A stretch of DNA of 64,000 nt, taken from assembly GCF_009914755.1 (NCBI RefSeq), contig NC_060926.1. The stretch is one strand, 5' to 3'. A program made the position numbers and the translations under genes. The notes beneath the pieces were generated by a model. The model saw nothing but the letters and a program-made list of their open reading frames with translations. It had not been told where the DNA came from and searched no databases. Source of the stretch: the human T2T-CHM13v2.0 reference genome, Homo sapiens. Every line of letters starts with the position of its first letter. Positions within the stretch are counted from its first letter, which is position 1. This document shows, piece by piece, positions 42,689 to 54,162 of this stretch.

Positions 42689-43238
42689 TAACGTCAAAAT
42701 TTCTTCAACCAGTTTCATTAACTCACATATACTTTCTGGGTCAGCTTTGTTCTTAAGCACTGAAGTATCCCTGGATAAGTCACTTTAGATGCCCCCCATC
42801 ACTTTATGAAATTCTTCCATATGAGTCATGGTGAATGGCAGATGATGGCAAATAAAGAAAAATGACATGTCTAGTATATACATTTGCTACTCATAACATG
42901 GTAGTGCTGGTGTAGTTCCACAGCACATTGAAATTACTTGTTCATACTCATCACATCTAAACAATATTTTGTGAGCAGCTATCATTTTATCTTTTTAATC
43001 TTAGCAAGATGCTGTTACTAGCATGTTCTAGCAACAGTGTTGTTGAGTTCAAGTTAACTTCTCTCTAGGTCATGAACCAATTAATAAGCTGCTTATGACA
43101 TAGCAGGATCAGTAACTATTCTAAAATATTTGCATCTTAATGGAAGATTCCTGAAGAAAAATGAATTTAACCTAAATTATTAATAGTAATACTGTGAATT
43201 TTTGAGAAGTTGGCTGAGTTGAAAATAATTTTGGGGGC

Positions 43239-44321
43239 TGTTGGGTGAAATTCACCCCTGATATTTCACGTAGATTCTTTTCTATTTTCCTTAAGTGTCA
43301 GCCGTTCTGAGAAATAAAGGGACAGAGTACAAAAGAGAGAAATTTTAAAGCTGGGTGTCTGGGGGAGACATCACATGTCGGCAGGTTCCGTGATGCCCCC
43401 TGAGCCGTAAAACCAGCAAGTTTTTATTAGTGATTTTCAAAAGGGGAGGGAGTGTACGAATAGGGTGTAGGTCACAGAGATTCCATGCTTCACAAGGTAA
43501 TAAAATATCACAAGGCAAATGGAGGCAGGGCGAGATCACAGGACCACAGGACCGGGGAAAAATTAAAATTGCTAATGAAGTTTCAGGCACGCATTGTCAT
43601 TGATAACATCTTATCAGGAGACAGGGTTTGAGAGCAGACAACCGGTCTGATGAAAATTTATTAGGCGGAATTTCCTCGTCCTAATAAGCCTGGGAGTGCT
43701 TCGGGAGACCAGGGCATATTTCATCCCTTAGCTATGATCGTGAAAGACAGCCGTCCCCAAAGCGGCCATTTCAGAGGCTTCCCCTTAGGGTCACATTCTC
43801 TTTCTCAGAAATGTTCCTTGCTGAGAAAAAGAATTCAGCGATATTTCTTCTATTTGCTTTTGAAAGAAGAGAAATATGGCTCTGTTCCACCCAGCTCACA
43901 GGCAGCCAGAGTTTAAGGTTATCTCCCTTGTTCTCTGAACATTGCTGTTACCTTGTTCTTTTTTCAAGGTGCCCAGATTTCATATTGTTCAAACACACAT
44001 GCTCTACAAACAATTTGTGCAGTTAATGCAATCATTACAGGGTCCTGAGGCAACATATAACCTTAGCTTACGAAGATGACAGGATTAAGAGATTAAAGTA
44101 AAGACAGGCGTAGGAAATCACAAGAGTATTGATTAAGGAAGTGATGTGTCCATTAAATCTTCACAATTTATGTTCAGAGATTGCAGTAAAGACAGGCATA
44201 AGAAATTATAAAAGTACTAATTTGGGGAACTAATAAATGTCCATGAAATCTTCACAATTTATGTTCTTCTGCCATGGCTTCAGCCGGTCCCTCTGTTTGG
44301 GGTCCCTGACTTCCTGCAACA
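43239..44321 (-). repeat. MER11 3' LTR
   Basis: Preceded on the minus strand by the PPT AAAAAGAAAGGGAGAGA (44322-44338); ends ..CACCCAACA at the TSD. Confidence 0.92.
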
Positions 44322-44339
44322 TCTCTCCCTTTCTTTTTA

Positions 44340-45757
44340 TACAAATGTGCCATGCGATGAAGGCTTGTTCGTTCTCTCAATTTTGACGTGGGATTCTTTG
44401 ACTGGTCCGGCACACTAAAGACAAGCCAATTAAACAGAGAAACATAATTCCAAAATTTACTACAGTGGAGCCCCTAATAGACTTAATCTAAGTTGTGGGG
44501 TTTAGTCTAGAATGATTTTCTGCCATCTGATCTAATGCCTCAGCTCCAGGCACAATGGGTAAGTGAACTTGAGAGGCTTCAAAAATTTGTTTCTTTAATT
44601 TAGTTATGTTCAATGATAAATTATCTTCCCTACCCAGAAGGTGTCCTTTGACCATTTCCCATGAATGATCAGTCTCGTTATAGGAATATGGGGTGATACA
44701 GAAATCCGAAGTATTCCAATCGCACTGCATTTGCATGTGATGTTCGAGACTCACTACCTGATCTCCAAGCCAAATAACAACCTGTCTTAAATCATTAATT
44801 TGATTAGCCAATTTTTGATCAATGCCTTGTTGAGAATTCCACATTTGGGTGGAATTGGCTTGCCAATCATTAACAAAATGAGCCATTTGAATAGAATGAT
44901 GTAACACCATTCTCGCAGTGGTGGCCATTGCAGTGACTGTAATTAGGCCCATGATAACAGCGATTAAAGTGAAAAAAAATCTCTTAGATCTTTTTAGAAT
45001 TTGCTGTAACACTTCATTAATTAAATGTATTGAGGGGGAGGATTCCCAAGCTCTGGGCAAAGTTACCAGAATCCAGATTCCTTCTCGAGCTTGAACCAGC
45101 ATTACACTTTTCTTGGAGTCAAAATGGGAGTTAATATAAGTGTATAAATGACAATTAATGCATTGGACAGTTTGATTGTTCATCCAAATTTTGATATTTC
45201 CCACTAACAGCATGTAAGGAAGCGTAACACAACTCTGTATGTGAACAGTCAGGTTGGAGGTAAGTGAAGTCGAACGTCTGGATCTACGTTGATACTGAGA
45301 GTGGGGGACGGTAGTGGGGACAACAGACATAATAGTTTCCCCTTCCCATACTCACAGTCTAAACATGGCAATAGCCAATTTCTAAAGTTCTGGGTGTTCT
45401 GGGCTCAGAATGGGGAGTATCATATGAGGCCTCGTGGGGGTAATGCCTTTATCTTCCCATTTTAAGGGAATGAGCTGAACCTCCTATGCAAAGTAGAATG
45501 ATGATTCTCATTCTCCCGATAAGAAATAAAATAAGTAGGCTCCAGGCATTCCCTTCCACCAGAGGAGCAATTGTTTTTTAAATAGCCCTTTGGTGCCCAG
45601 TCTATTACTAAGCCATATGAGTCATTTTTTAATACTACTCCATGTGAGTTAAAACACAGTCTTCCCAAATTAAAGTTTTAGATGGGCCCTCAAAATTTTT
45701 AGGGCATGGTTTTCCTGCAGGTTTATATTGAAAGTATGGGGTATCTCTCATTACTCC
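44340..45757 (-). pseudogene. HERV-K11 env remnant (SU C-terminal part and TM); longest ORF 44488..45330, 280 aa
   Basis: VIDWAPKG in SU, furin site RSKR, fusion peptide [31 protein letters not shown] (CX7C) loop. TAG stop lies just before the membrane anchor, with upstream frameshifts. Confidence 0.9.
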
Positions 45758-45776
45758 ACATGCACTTAGGAAAAAA

Positions 45777-45794
45777 AGACCATGTGGGGCGCCA
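45777..45794 (-). other. Primer binding site, tRNA-Lys-like
   Basis: TGGCGCCCCACATGGTC, 2 nt after the 5' LTR end. Confidence 0.85.
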
Positions 45795-45796
45795 GA

Positions 45797-46879
45797 TATC
45801 AGGTGAAATTCACCCGATATTTCATGTAGGTTCTTTTTTATTTTCCTTAAGTGTCGGCCGTTCTGAGAAATAAAGGGACAGAGTACAAAAGAGAGAAATT
45901 TTAAAGCTGGGTGTCTGGGGGAGATATCACATGTCGGCAGGTTCTGTGATGCCCCCTGAGCCGTAAAACCAGCAAGTTTTTATTAGTGATTTTCAAAGAA
46001 GGAAGGAGTGTACAAATAAGGTGTAGGTCACAGAGATCACATGCTTCACAAAGTAATAAAATACCACAAGGCAAATGGAGGCAGGGTGAGATCACAAGAC
46101 CACAGGACCAAGGCAAAATTAAAATTGCTAATGAAGTTTCAGGCACGCATTGTCATTGATAACATCTTATCAGGAGACAAGGTTTGAGAGCAGACAACCA
46201 GTCTGACTAAAATTTATTAGGCAGGAATTTCCTCGTCCTAATAAGCCTAGGAGTGCTACAGGAGACGGAAGCTTATTTCATCCCTTAGCTATGACTGTAA
46301 AAGACAGCCGTTCCCAAAGCGGCCATTTCAGAGGCCTCCCCTTAAGGACACATTCTCTTTCTCAAGGATGTTCCTTGCTGAGAAAAAGAATTTAGTGATA
46401 TTTCTCCTATTTGCTTTTGAAAGAAGAGAAATATGGCTCTGTTCCACCTGGCTCACAGGCAGCGAGATTTTAAGGTTATCTCCCTTGTTCTCTGAACATT
46501 GCTGTTTTCTTGTTCTTTTTTCAAGGTGCCCAGATTTCATATTGTTCAAACACACATGCTCTACATACAATTTGTGCAGTTAATGCAATCATCACAAGGT
46601 CCTAGGCCGACCTACAGCCTCAGCTTACGAAGATACAAGATTAAGAGATTAAAGTAAAGACAGGCATAAGAAATCAAAAGAGTATTGATTAAGGAAGTGG
46701 TAAGTGTCCATTAAATCTTCACAATTTATGTTCAGAGATTGCAGTAAAGACAGGTGTAAGAAATTATAAAAGTATTACTTTAAAGAACTAATAAATGTCC
46801 ATGAAATGTTCACAGTTTATGTTCTTCTGCCATGGCTTCAGCCGGTCCCTCCATTCAAGGTCCCTGACTTCCTGCAACA
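45797..46879 (-). repeat. MER11 5' LTR with hyper-edited U3
   Basis: Direct repeat of 43239-44321, followed by the PBS. AATAAA at 45979-45984 (minus strand). Confidence 0.92.
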
Positions 46880-48140
46880 GGGGGCAAAGGACTCTTTGTC
46901 TTCAAATTTCCCTCCACCTTGCTCATCATCAAGGTAGTCCAAATGAAAGAACTCTGAGTGCTTCTGGGCTGGCTGATTGGCTTTTAAGTTGTCTTCTTCC
47001 TATTAGAGTTCTAAACTCCATCTCCATAGATAGAAACTGCAGGCCATATGAGAGACCCAATATACATGAAGTTATGGAATAATGGGAAGAGTAGTTGGAG
47101 TGGTGATAGGATTATTATAATACATTTCCTTGCAATTGCTTATCCAGTCACCTGTCTTCACCAGACTGAGTTGCCAGAGTAGAGATGTCTACCTTATGCA
47201 AACAGATCCCCTAGCCAGTACCTTGCACATAAAGATAGCATGTTTAATGAATTTTGGGGATAAATGATTTTAAGGCATTGGTCATGGTATGATTAATAAA
47301 ATGGCATATCTGCATCATAAAAACTGAAAGTGCCAGCAGTTCAGATTGCATCAGCAAGGGAGGGCATGTTTATTTCTGAATGCTGAATCCTGAGTAAACA
47401 ATATCATCTTTCACAGTGAGCCACATCAGTATTTTCTGGTTTATAAATGCCTTTCTTAATATCCCAGCTCCATCAAAGAGAAATTAGGCAATTGGAACAC
47501 TATTTTATAAACTGACTTATAATAAAGTCTCGTGTCTCCCTACATGACTAAGTGCCTCACAAATGCTTTGTCTAACACTTACTTGTTGAGTATTAGAACA
47601 TTAGTTGCAGACTTAATGTTACCATGTTGTAATTTTCACGTGGTTGAAAAGTTAACATAATGTAGAAATGTGAAATTGAACTGGTCGACTATGAGCAGCA
47701 GCCCTGCTAAGATCCATTTCTCAATCCTCATTATTTCAGCTCTTGGCTTATTGTCTTTGCTGCCTTCTCCTATTACTCACAAAACTGCCAAATAAGTCCC
47801 TGAGGATGCACTAGCACAGGGCTTCTGGACAATAGTGTTTAGACAGTTTACATCATGGGACCAATAAAGCCAATACGTTTGTCATTGTTACAAAAAAAAG
47901 ATAAAAACAAGCCTGAGTTCTCGTTTTGTTAATTGACCCACAGCTTTAGAAGGAAGAGGGCAAATTTGGATGAGAAACAATGAGAAAGCAAATTTTCAGG
48001 GAACTGACTTGTAGGTTTTCAGTTTAAATGATGCTTAATAGAATAGAGAAGACATGAGAATTTTAATAACTTTGAATCCACAGTGGGAACTATCTTGGAA
48101 AAAAAGAATGACATAAAAATTATTATTCTTTTCTATTCAG

Positions 48141-48227
48141 AGAGTGTGAAGAGGAGGAGAAAGGCTGAAGAGGAGGAGAAAGGCTAAGATCTTTTCCAAT
48201 GCAAAATTAGGAAAAAATATACTACAG
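48141..48227 (+). ncRNA. Candidate 87-nt exon of an antisense lncRNA (possibly LANCL1-AS1)
   Basis: Acceptor TATTATTCTTTTCTATTCAG| and consensus donor CAG|GTAAGT. No transcript evidence is available from the sequence alone. Confidence 0.45.
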
Positions 48228-49082
48228 GTAAGTCACAAAAAACAAATATTTTGAAGTTTTCTTCATTCATGAGGTTACAACTGTGGTGCAACTTATTGTG
48301 CCTGTCATTATTTTTCTCATAGTAGGAGGATAAGCCAGGGAGCGGTAAACTAGAGCTGGCCTTGCCAATGGAAACTAACCTCGTAGAGTTAGCAGGACCT
48401 TTCTAAGCATCATTTTGCAATCTCTGTGTGGCCTTTGCAAGGTAGTGTCCTCTCCATGCCTCACTGCCTACATCTAGAGTCTTGATATTACCATACCTTT
48501 ACTTCATTCAAATGAGAGAAATAAATGTAACTCTGCATTTATCCTCAGTATTATCAGTCACTCAATAAACAGACTTTGGGTATGAAGGACATTTTAATCA
48601 TATGTACCAGCACACAAATTGTAATTTAGAGATGAAAACAAGTATTTTATAATTTATCAATCTCTGTTGTGGTAAGTCACACTAACTAGCTGTGTCATAA
48701 AAAGCAGTGGCACAAAGTCATCCCAAGTGACTCAGCAAAATTTTTCTAACCTCTGCATATATATTTTATAATTATGCCTCATTTAATCCCCCCCTTTTCT
48801 ATTCAAAGCAGAATTGATCATCAGGAAAATAAATTTCTAGAATTAGGCCTTTAGTTATTAACCCCACAGTAGATTCATATATTATGAGATGGTTAATACA
48901 TGTTGTTCTTGAAGGCTAGTAGATTCCTCCTAATTCTATAATGATCAGATTTAAAAATATTTTCCTCTTATAAATCTCTATTTTCAGACAGTAGTGCAAA
49001 TCTTGTTTTATCCAACAATGAAGAAAAAGGAGCAAAGCCTAGGAAACAGGAGTATATATAGGGAAAAAAAACCTTCACTTGC

Positions 49083-49961
49083 TGTAGGGAGAACCCCCTG
49101 AAACTACTGCTACGGAATAAAAGATGAAATGCTCCTGATTATTGTAAATACAAAGTTGCATGCAGGATTGTGTAAAGACAATGCCAGGTTGGACTGCCAG
49201 TATGAGCCAACAGCATGTAATGTGCTTCCCCCTGCAGATAGCCTATGAATGGATCTGCAGTCAGGGAGGTTTCACATCATCACCAAGATTCCTATCCCAG
49301 AAAAGCAGATATTCATAGCTCTGGGAATGGAATGCGACCCTTGTGGAGAGCCTATAAATGGACGCATGGGGGGGCGCCTGTCCATATGGATAAGATAGGG
49401 CTATAAATGCCCTCATCTTGCCATGGCTCTTCTAGGCCTCTTTAGGGTTAAGGCATACTCCCTTCTGAGAATTTCTGGTCTAACCAGTTGTCTAGCTTCA
49501 CGTCCTATTTCTATGGATTGTCTGTAACCAGCTTTTGCTGCAACTGTTACTGCTGATTAATATCTTGCTAATCATAGGTTATGGAAAGAATGTGTTTCTG
49601 TTTTAAGGCTCTGTTAGAAATTACTGATGCACACACTATATTGTAAATTCTTATCCCTGTATACTGTACTTCTGCATACAAATGTTATGTTAAAGCATTA
49701 CTTCATCCCCACGTGACCATCTCACCTCATAATCAAATGACCCTAAATTCCTCACTAACCTACCCCTGCCCTCACTAAACTTAATAATAAATGCTGGTAT
49801 ATCCAGCGCATTGTTGGCACCGCAGAACCAGAAGGCGGTGACCCCCCTGGACGCGGCTTTCACTATCTTGTGTGAGTCTATTATTTCTCAACCTACCAAT
49901 CTGCCTGGGAACAAAGAGAGAGCCCCGTTGCATTGCGGGCTGCTGGCCAGATCCCGCAATA
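49083..49961 (+). mobile_element. Solo ERVK LTR (LTR13-family-like, ~880 bp)
   Basis: TGTAGGGAGAACCCCCTGAAAC..CCAGATCCCGCAATA, 6-bp TSD ACTTGC (49077-49082, 49962-49967), AATAAA at 49786-49791. Subfamily name from memory. Confidence 0.85.
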
Positions 49962-50043
49962 ACTTGCCATTGAGGGAAAATATTTCTCAAGTTTAAACCA
50001 AAGCAAACAAAAAGCACATGATGATATATAGTCCTAATAAAAT

Positions 50044-50049
50044 TTTATT
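50044..50049 (-). terminator. LANCL1: Probable distal LANCL1 poly(A) signal
   Basis: AATAAA on the minus strand, followed ~30-55 nt downstream by a U/GU-rich element (GTGCTTTTTGTTTGCTTTGGTTT). Confidence 0.7.
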
Positions 50050-51136
50050 GAGAACTAGTAAGTCAAATACTTTACAGAACATAGAAATACATATGATCCC
50101 AGCCTTTCCCATTAAATGACAACATAACATTGGGGTAGTTTCCCTGAATATCCCAAACAGTTTGCTTTATAATTAGAGAAACAGTTCGTCTACAGCTCAA
50201 TAGTAGAGAAAACACAGGAATGAGGTGCTCTTACTTAGCGGAAGCAGAAATGAAATTGGAATTCAGTGTAAATAATAAAGGACTACAGATGAGTTCTAGC
50301 AGCCAAAGGAGTATACATGTAAATAGTCACTCTTCACATTTTCTATTTCTAAAGTAGCTAGTAAAAGGCAGGGCATCGTAAGATCAGACAAAAATTAACC
50401 TGAGGACATAGTAGCAGAGTATGTCTCTCAATTCAGTTATTTAGGAAATGTTAATAAAGAAAGTAACCCTAGATCCACTTTTACCTAAAACTCTACCTAC
50501 CATGAAGGTTTTTGATGCCAAATAATTGGAACTGACATCAAAGATGAAAAGAGAGCCACATGACTCAGGATTAAAGACTGACAACTCAGGCCACACCGCC
50601 GTCCATGGTATCTATGGAAATAGGATAATGTTAACTTTTTACATGATGAAAAGTTAACTATTTGCAATTTCTAAATTACTATAGAAACAGAAACATGTGA
50701 CAGGATAAATGAACACTGCTTGATGACCTTTGACAACCTTTGAAGGTTTTATTACCTAGTCCCTGTATAGAGATAAGAGATGATGGTATTGAGTTTTCTA
50801 GGAACCAACTTCTGGGAAAGATTTTTAAAGAAGAAAAATATCTGAGAGAAAAATACAAACTAGAACTGAAACAATGATGCCACTTCCTTTTAAAACTAAG
50901 AAGCCTAGTATAAAAGTTTCTTTAGTTACTACCATGTTGTTAGGGGATTGTCTCAGCGTTGTAGGCTTTGCCTGAATTTAAAATCCCATCAAAACTTTTT
51001 TGCTCTTAAGCATAAATACAACAAATAGCATACATATAAAATTGTGCCAGTTTAGTAAGTTTTGAAAAGCTTAAAAAAAAACCAAACTCTAATTGTGTTT
51101 GTGTGGATGAATTTGCTAACTGATGACAGTAGCTAA

Positions 51137-51264
51137 CCCATTTATGCTGGGGGTTGCAATTTTTTGTGTGAAAAATCAGACCTTGGCAATGACTTTGAGC
51201 AGTAGGATGTAAATGACTCCCACAAGCTTAGCATTCCAATAATGGAACACTAGGCATAAATGGG
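51137..51264 (-). mobile_element. MER85 (piggyBac/PGBD3-derived MITE)
   Basis: TIRs CCCATTTATGC / GCATAAATGGG, TTAA/CTAA target sites, internal palindrome GTTCCATTATTGGAAT. Confidence 0.9.
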
Positions 51265-53262
51265 TTAACAAGAATCTTATTTGAAATGTTCTTCTCCCTG
51301 CCTTGAAATCTTCCTGGGGTTAAGCATTGCTATCACGATGCTTGGAGAACTGTGATCAAGTCTTCTCTGGCTCAGAGAAACTGTTATTTTTCCCTTGCTT
51401 AGTAACGCAGCTAAAAGCATAGGCACAGTAGAGTAAGACATTTAACTAAACCAAATGAGCTTTATTCTTTCAAGCTGAACACCCCAGGCAAAGGCAAATT
51501 AGCTTTGCTGTGCACTACTTTTACTTCTTACTGTAAGTGCTGATATCGCTGATTGAAAACTTTCACAAGAAAGGCAGAGCATGCACATGCTTACCAGCAG
51601 CACTTCAGCAATCTGAGAGGCACAAGGTAGTGCCAACTTACACAAGTGACAGAAGGAGGAAGCTGATCCTGGAAACTGAGCAGTGGGCTGCTTTTTAAAT
51701 CCTACTGCCAGTGGCCTTTAAAAGGTCAGTTTCCAATAATATTAGCTCTTTTGGTGCTAAACAGGAGATAATAGGAGACTGCTACCTGCAGGAACCAGTA
51801 CACACTCAGTGGGGATTTGGTTTGAAGTTCCAATAAAAATAGCATGTTTTTGTGACCAAGAGAGCTGTGAAATAGGCACATTTAAAATACTTAGACCCTG
51901 TTATTTTAAAGCTACAATTTTTTTTTGCAAAATCAGTTGCAAAGAGACAAAACAAGCCAGGCAAAGGCAGTAATAGAAAGAGTAGAAGCTGATGAGTCAA
52001 AACACTTGAACAGAATTTGAAGCACCAGAGAGTCTTTATCTACTACGGAAAACCTGATTCTGTGGTCTCAGAAACTGATGAATTGTTAAGTCTAGGATAC
52101 GCAAAGATGCATTTGTTCTAAGCATGAACTCTGGGTAATACCTCCTCAATAAAAAGCATTTCTATTAAATGCTTAGTTTAGTGTTTTTGTTCAAGTTATT
52201 GGTTAGATAGTATTCCCTTTCTCATCTCCCCTTTTTAAACAGAAGTAGAATACTGTACAATTTAGTGAAAAGACCAAAGTTCAGATAAATTGATAGGAAG
52301 GAAAATATTTTATGGCTTATACCAAAGAGTCAGCACTAATGCATAGTCACTGTAAAAACCCAAGTTAAAGTTTAGAAAGTCAGTCAGAGTGGACTGAAAT
52401 CCTAGGTTAAAGCATATTCATACATAGAAAATTGGCTTCCTGATCTTATTTGAATACTGAAAAACACACATATTTAAATAAAGAGTTCCAAAAAACTCAG
52501 ATTATTTTAGAGAAAACACAGACTGTTATTGTTAGCTTATCTTAAACTAACCTTCAACTCAGAATTTTCACAATGATCATCATGTTTTATAAGTTTTTGA
52601 TTAAAAATGTTGGCTTCTGAAGGCTGTATGCCTTACCGACAAAAACAGGCCAATCTGAAAGTATGTTTACCTCTAGTCCAAATAGGCATCAAGAATTTAA
52701 AAAATGATATTTAGGTACCAAGTCCAGATTGTAACTCTTGGAATTTTTCTCCTGGAAGCATTTAGTTATATTTCTGTCCCCTTTCAAAATGAACCACCTA
52801 GAGAAAAGCAAGTCAGAAAATTGTCTGCCCTCCAGTTGGAGGAAAAATATTAAAGAGAAGTGAAGTGTAATACCCAATAATAGTCACATATTTATCTTTA
52901 TCTGTATTGAGTTTCTTTTAAACATTTTTAGAACAGTAACAGATGGTTATATTCATAAACTTAAATAAGATTTCCTCCAAGTTCTGGAATATATGTATAC
53001 AATCTCAAAACACTGTACATATCACTCACTCTCCCTTTAGGAAGAAATGGAAATTAAAGTTAAAAGACTTCCTTGGATACTTCTAAGTAAAAGTAAATGA
53101 TAATGGAAGGGAACTGAATGAAAGATAAATTCTGAAAAAAGCTAACAAAATCAAGTCCACAGTTTGACTCTTTGTTTCCTTGGAAAGCAACGGAAGCACT
53201 TAGCTTGGGTTTGAATATACAGAAAGGGTCATGCAGTGAGTTGCAGGTGGCATGCTATCCTT

Positions 53263-53339
53263 TCAGAGTTCAAATGCAGGGAACCTGGCTTTTGTGGGGA
53301 CTAGCAGGTCAGCCAGGAAATATATTGTTCCAGCCATTC
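53263..53339 (-). CDS. LANCL1: LANCL1 last coding exon (likely exon 10): (G)MAGTIYFLADLLVPTKARFPAFEL*
   Basis: Acceptor TCTTTCTTCAG|GA, phase 1 matching the previous exon, TGA at 53263-53265. Confidence 0.96.
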
Positions 53340-54162
53340 CTGAAGAAAGAGAAAGAGGCAAAAGTTATTATACCAAATGACTCCATTTCATAGGATGGTT
53401 CTTTTTCCCCCATATCTTTATTGACAAAAAAAGTCACAGCATTTCAGTCTATTCAAACACACAAACATCAACAAAGGGTGCCCACCAGTGATGGCCTCGT
53501 CCCTAAGGTCTGGATCAAGGCCGCACTGGAGGGTGGGGGTGTCCTCTTGGCCCTCCTCCTTCGGCATCCTATGGCTTTTTCCTCACCTCACTGACACCCC
53601 CCGAGAGCAGTTACAACTCTGCAAAAACGAAGGATGGCTCCATTTTTTAACATTAACAACATTACAATATTAACGGCAATGATTTAAATGAAGTGTGAAT
53701 CTATCTACGTTTACATACACTGCAGTTCAACATTAGAAGAGATCACTAGTGAGGTGTTCAGCCTTATATCCCGGTGGAAGACTGGAGAAAGAATGGAGCC
53801 AGACAAGTTCAAGTCACAGCCCTGCCATTTACCAAACATAAGCTCCTGAGCCTCAGTCTCCTCGGCTATGACATGAAGGTAGTAGTGCCTGTATGTTTTT
53901 GCTGAATGATTTATGAGGGCGTCTGCAAAATGCCCAACATGTGCCTGGCTCCATAAAAGGGAGTCACCTGATGACTACCAGTATTGGGACTGTGGTATTA
54001 CATGTGCTAATTGATTTTTAATATCGATTTAGCATATTAGGAAATAAAAAAGTAGTTTAAGAATAATTATAAAATTTTTTGCTAAAACTTAAATACATTA
54101 ATTACCAAGCAGAGAAGTAGATGCTGATATTATAGGGCAAATAAATAAAGTGTACAAAATAC

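Larger units (their letters stand above)
43239..46879 (-). mobile_element. Internally deleted HERV-K11 (HML-8, MER11 LTRs) provirus: LTR-PBS-partial env-PPT-LTR
   Basis: Two ~1083-bp direct repeats starting TGTTGCAGGAAGTCAGGGACC on the minus strand, 6-bp TSD GGGGGC (43233-43238, 46880-46885), and a beta-type env remnant. Confidence 0.93.
50020..53262 (-). other. LANCL1: LANCL1 3' UTR (~3.2 kb; cleavage site approximate)
   Basis: Repeat-poor sequence between the stop codon and the AATAAA/GU-rich element. Further minus-strand AATAAA at 50748 and 51461. Confidence 0.7.

Noticed and set aside
43345-46583. Pairs of near-identical ORFs that look like duplicated genes
   Set aside because: They are chance frames in the two MER11 LTRs.
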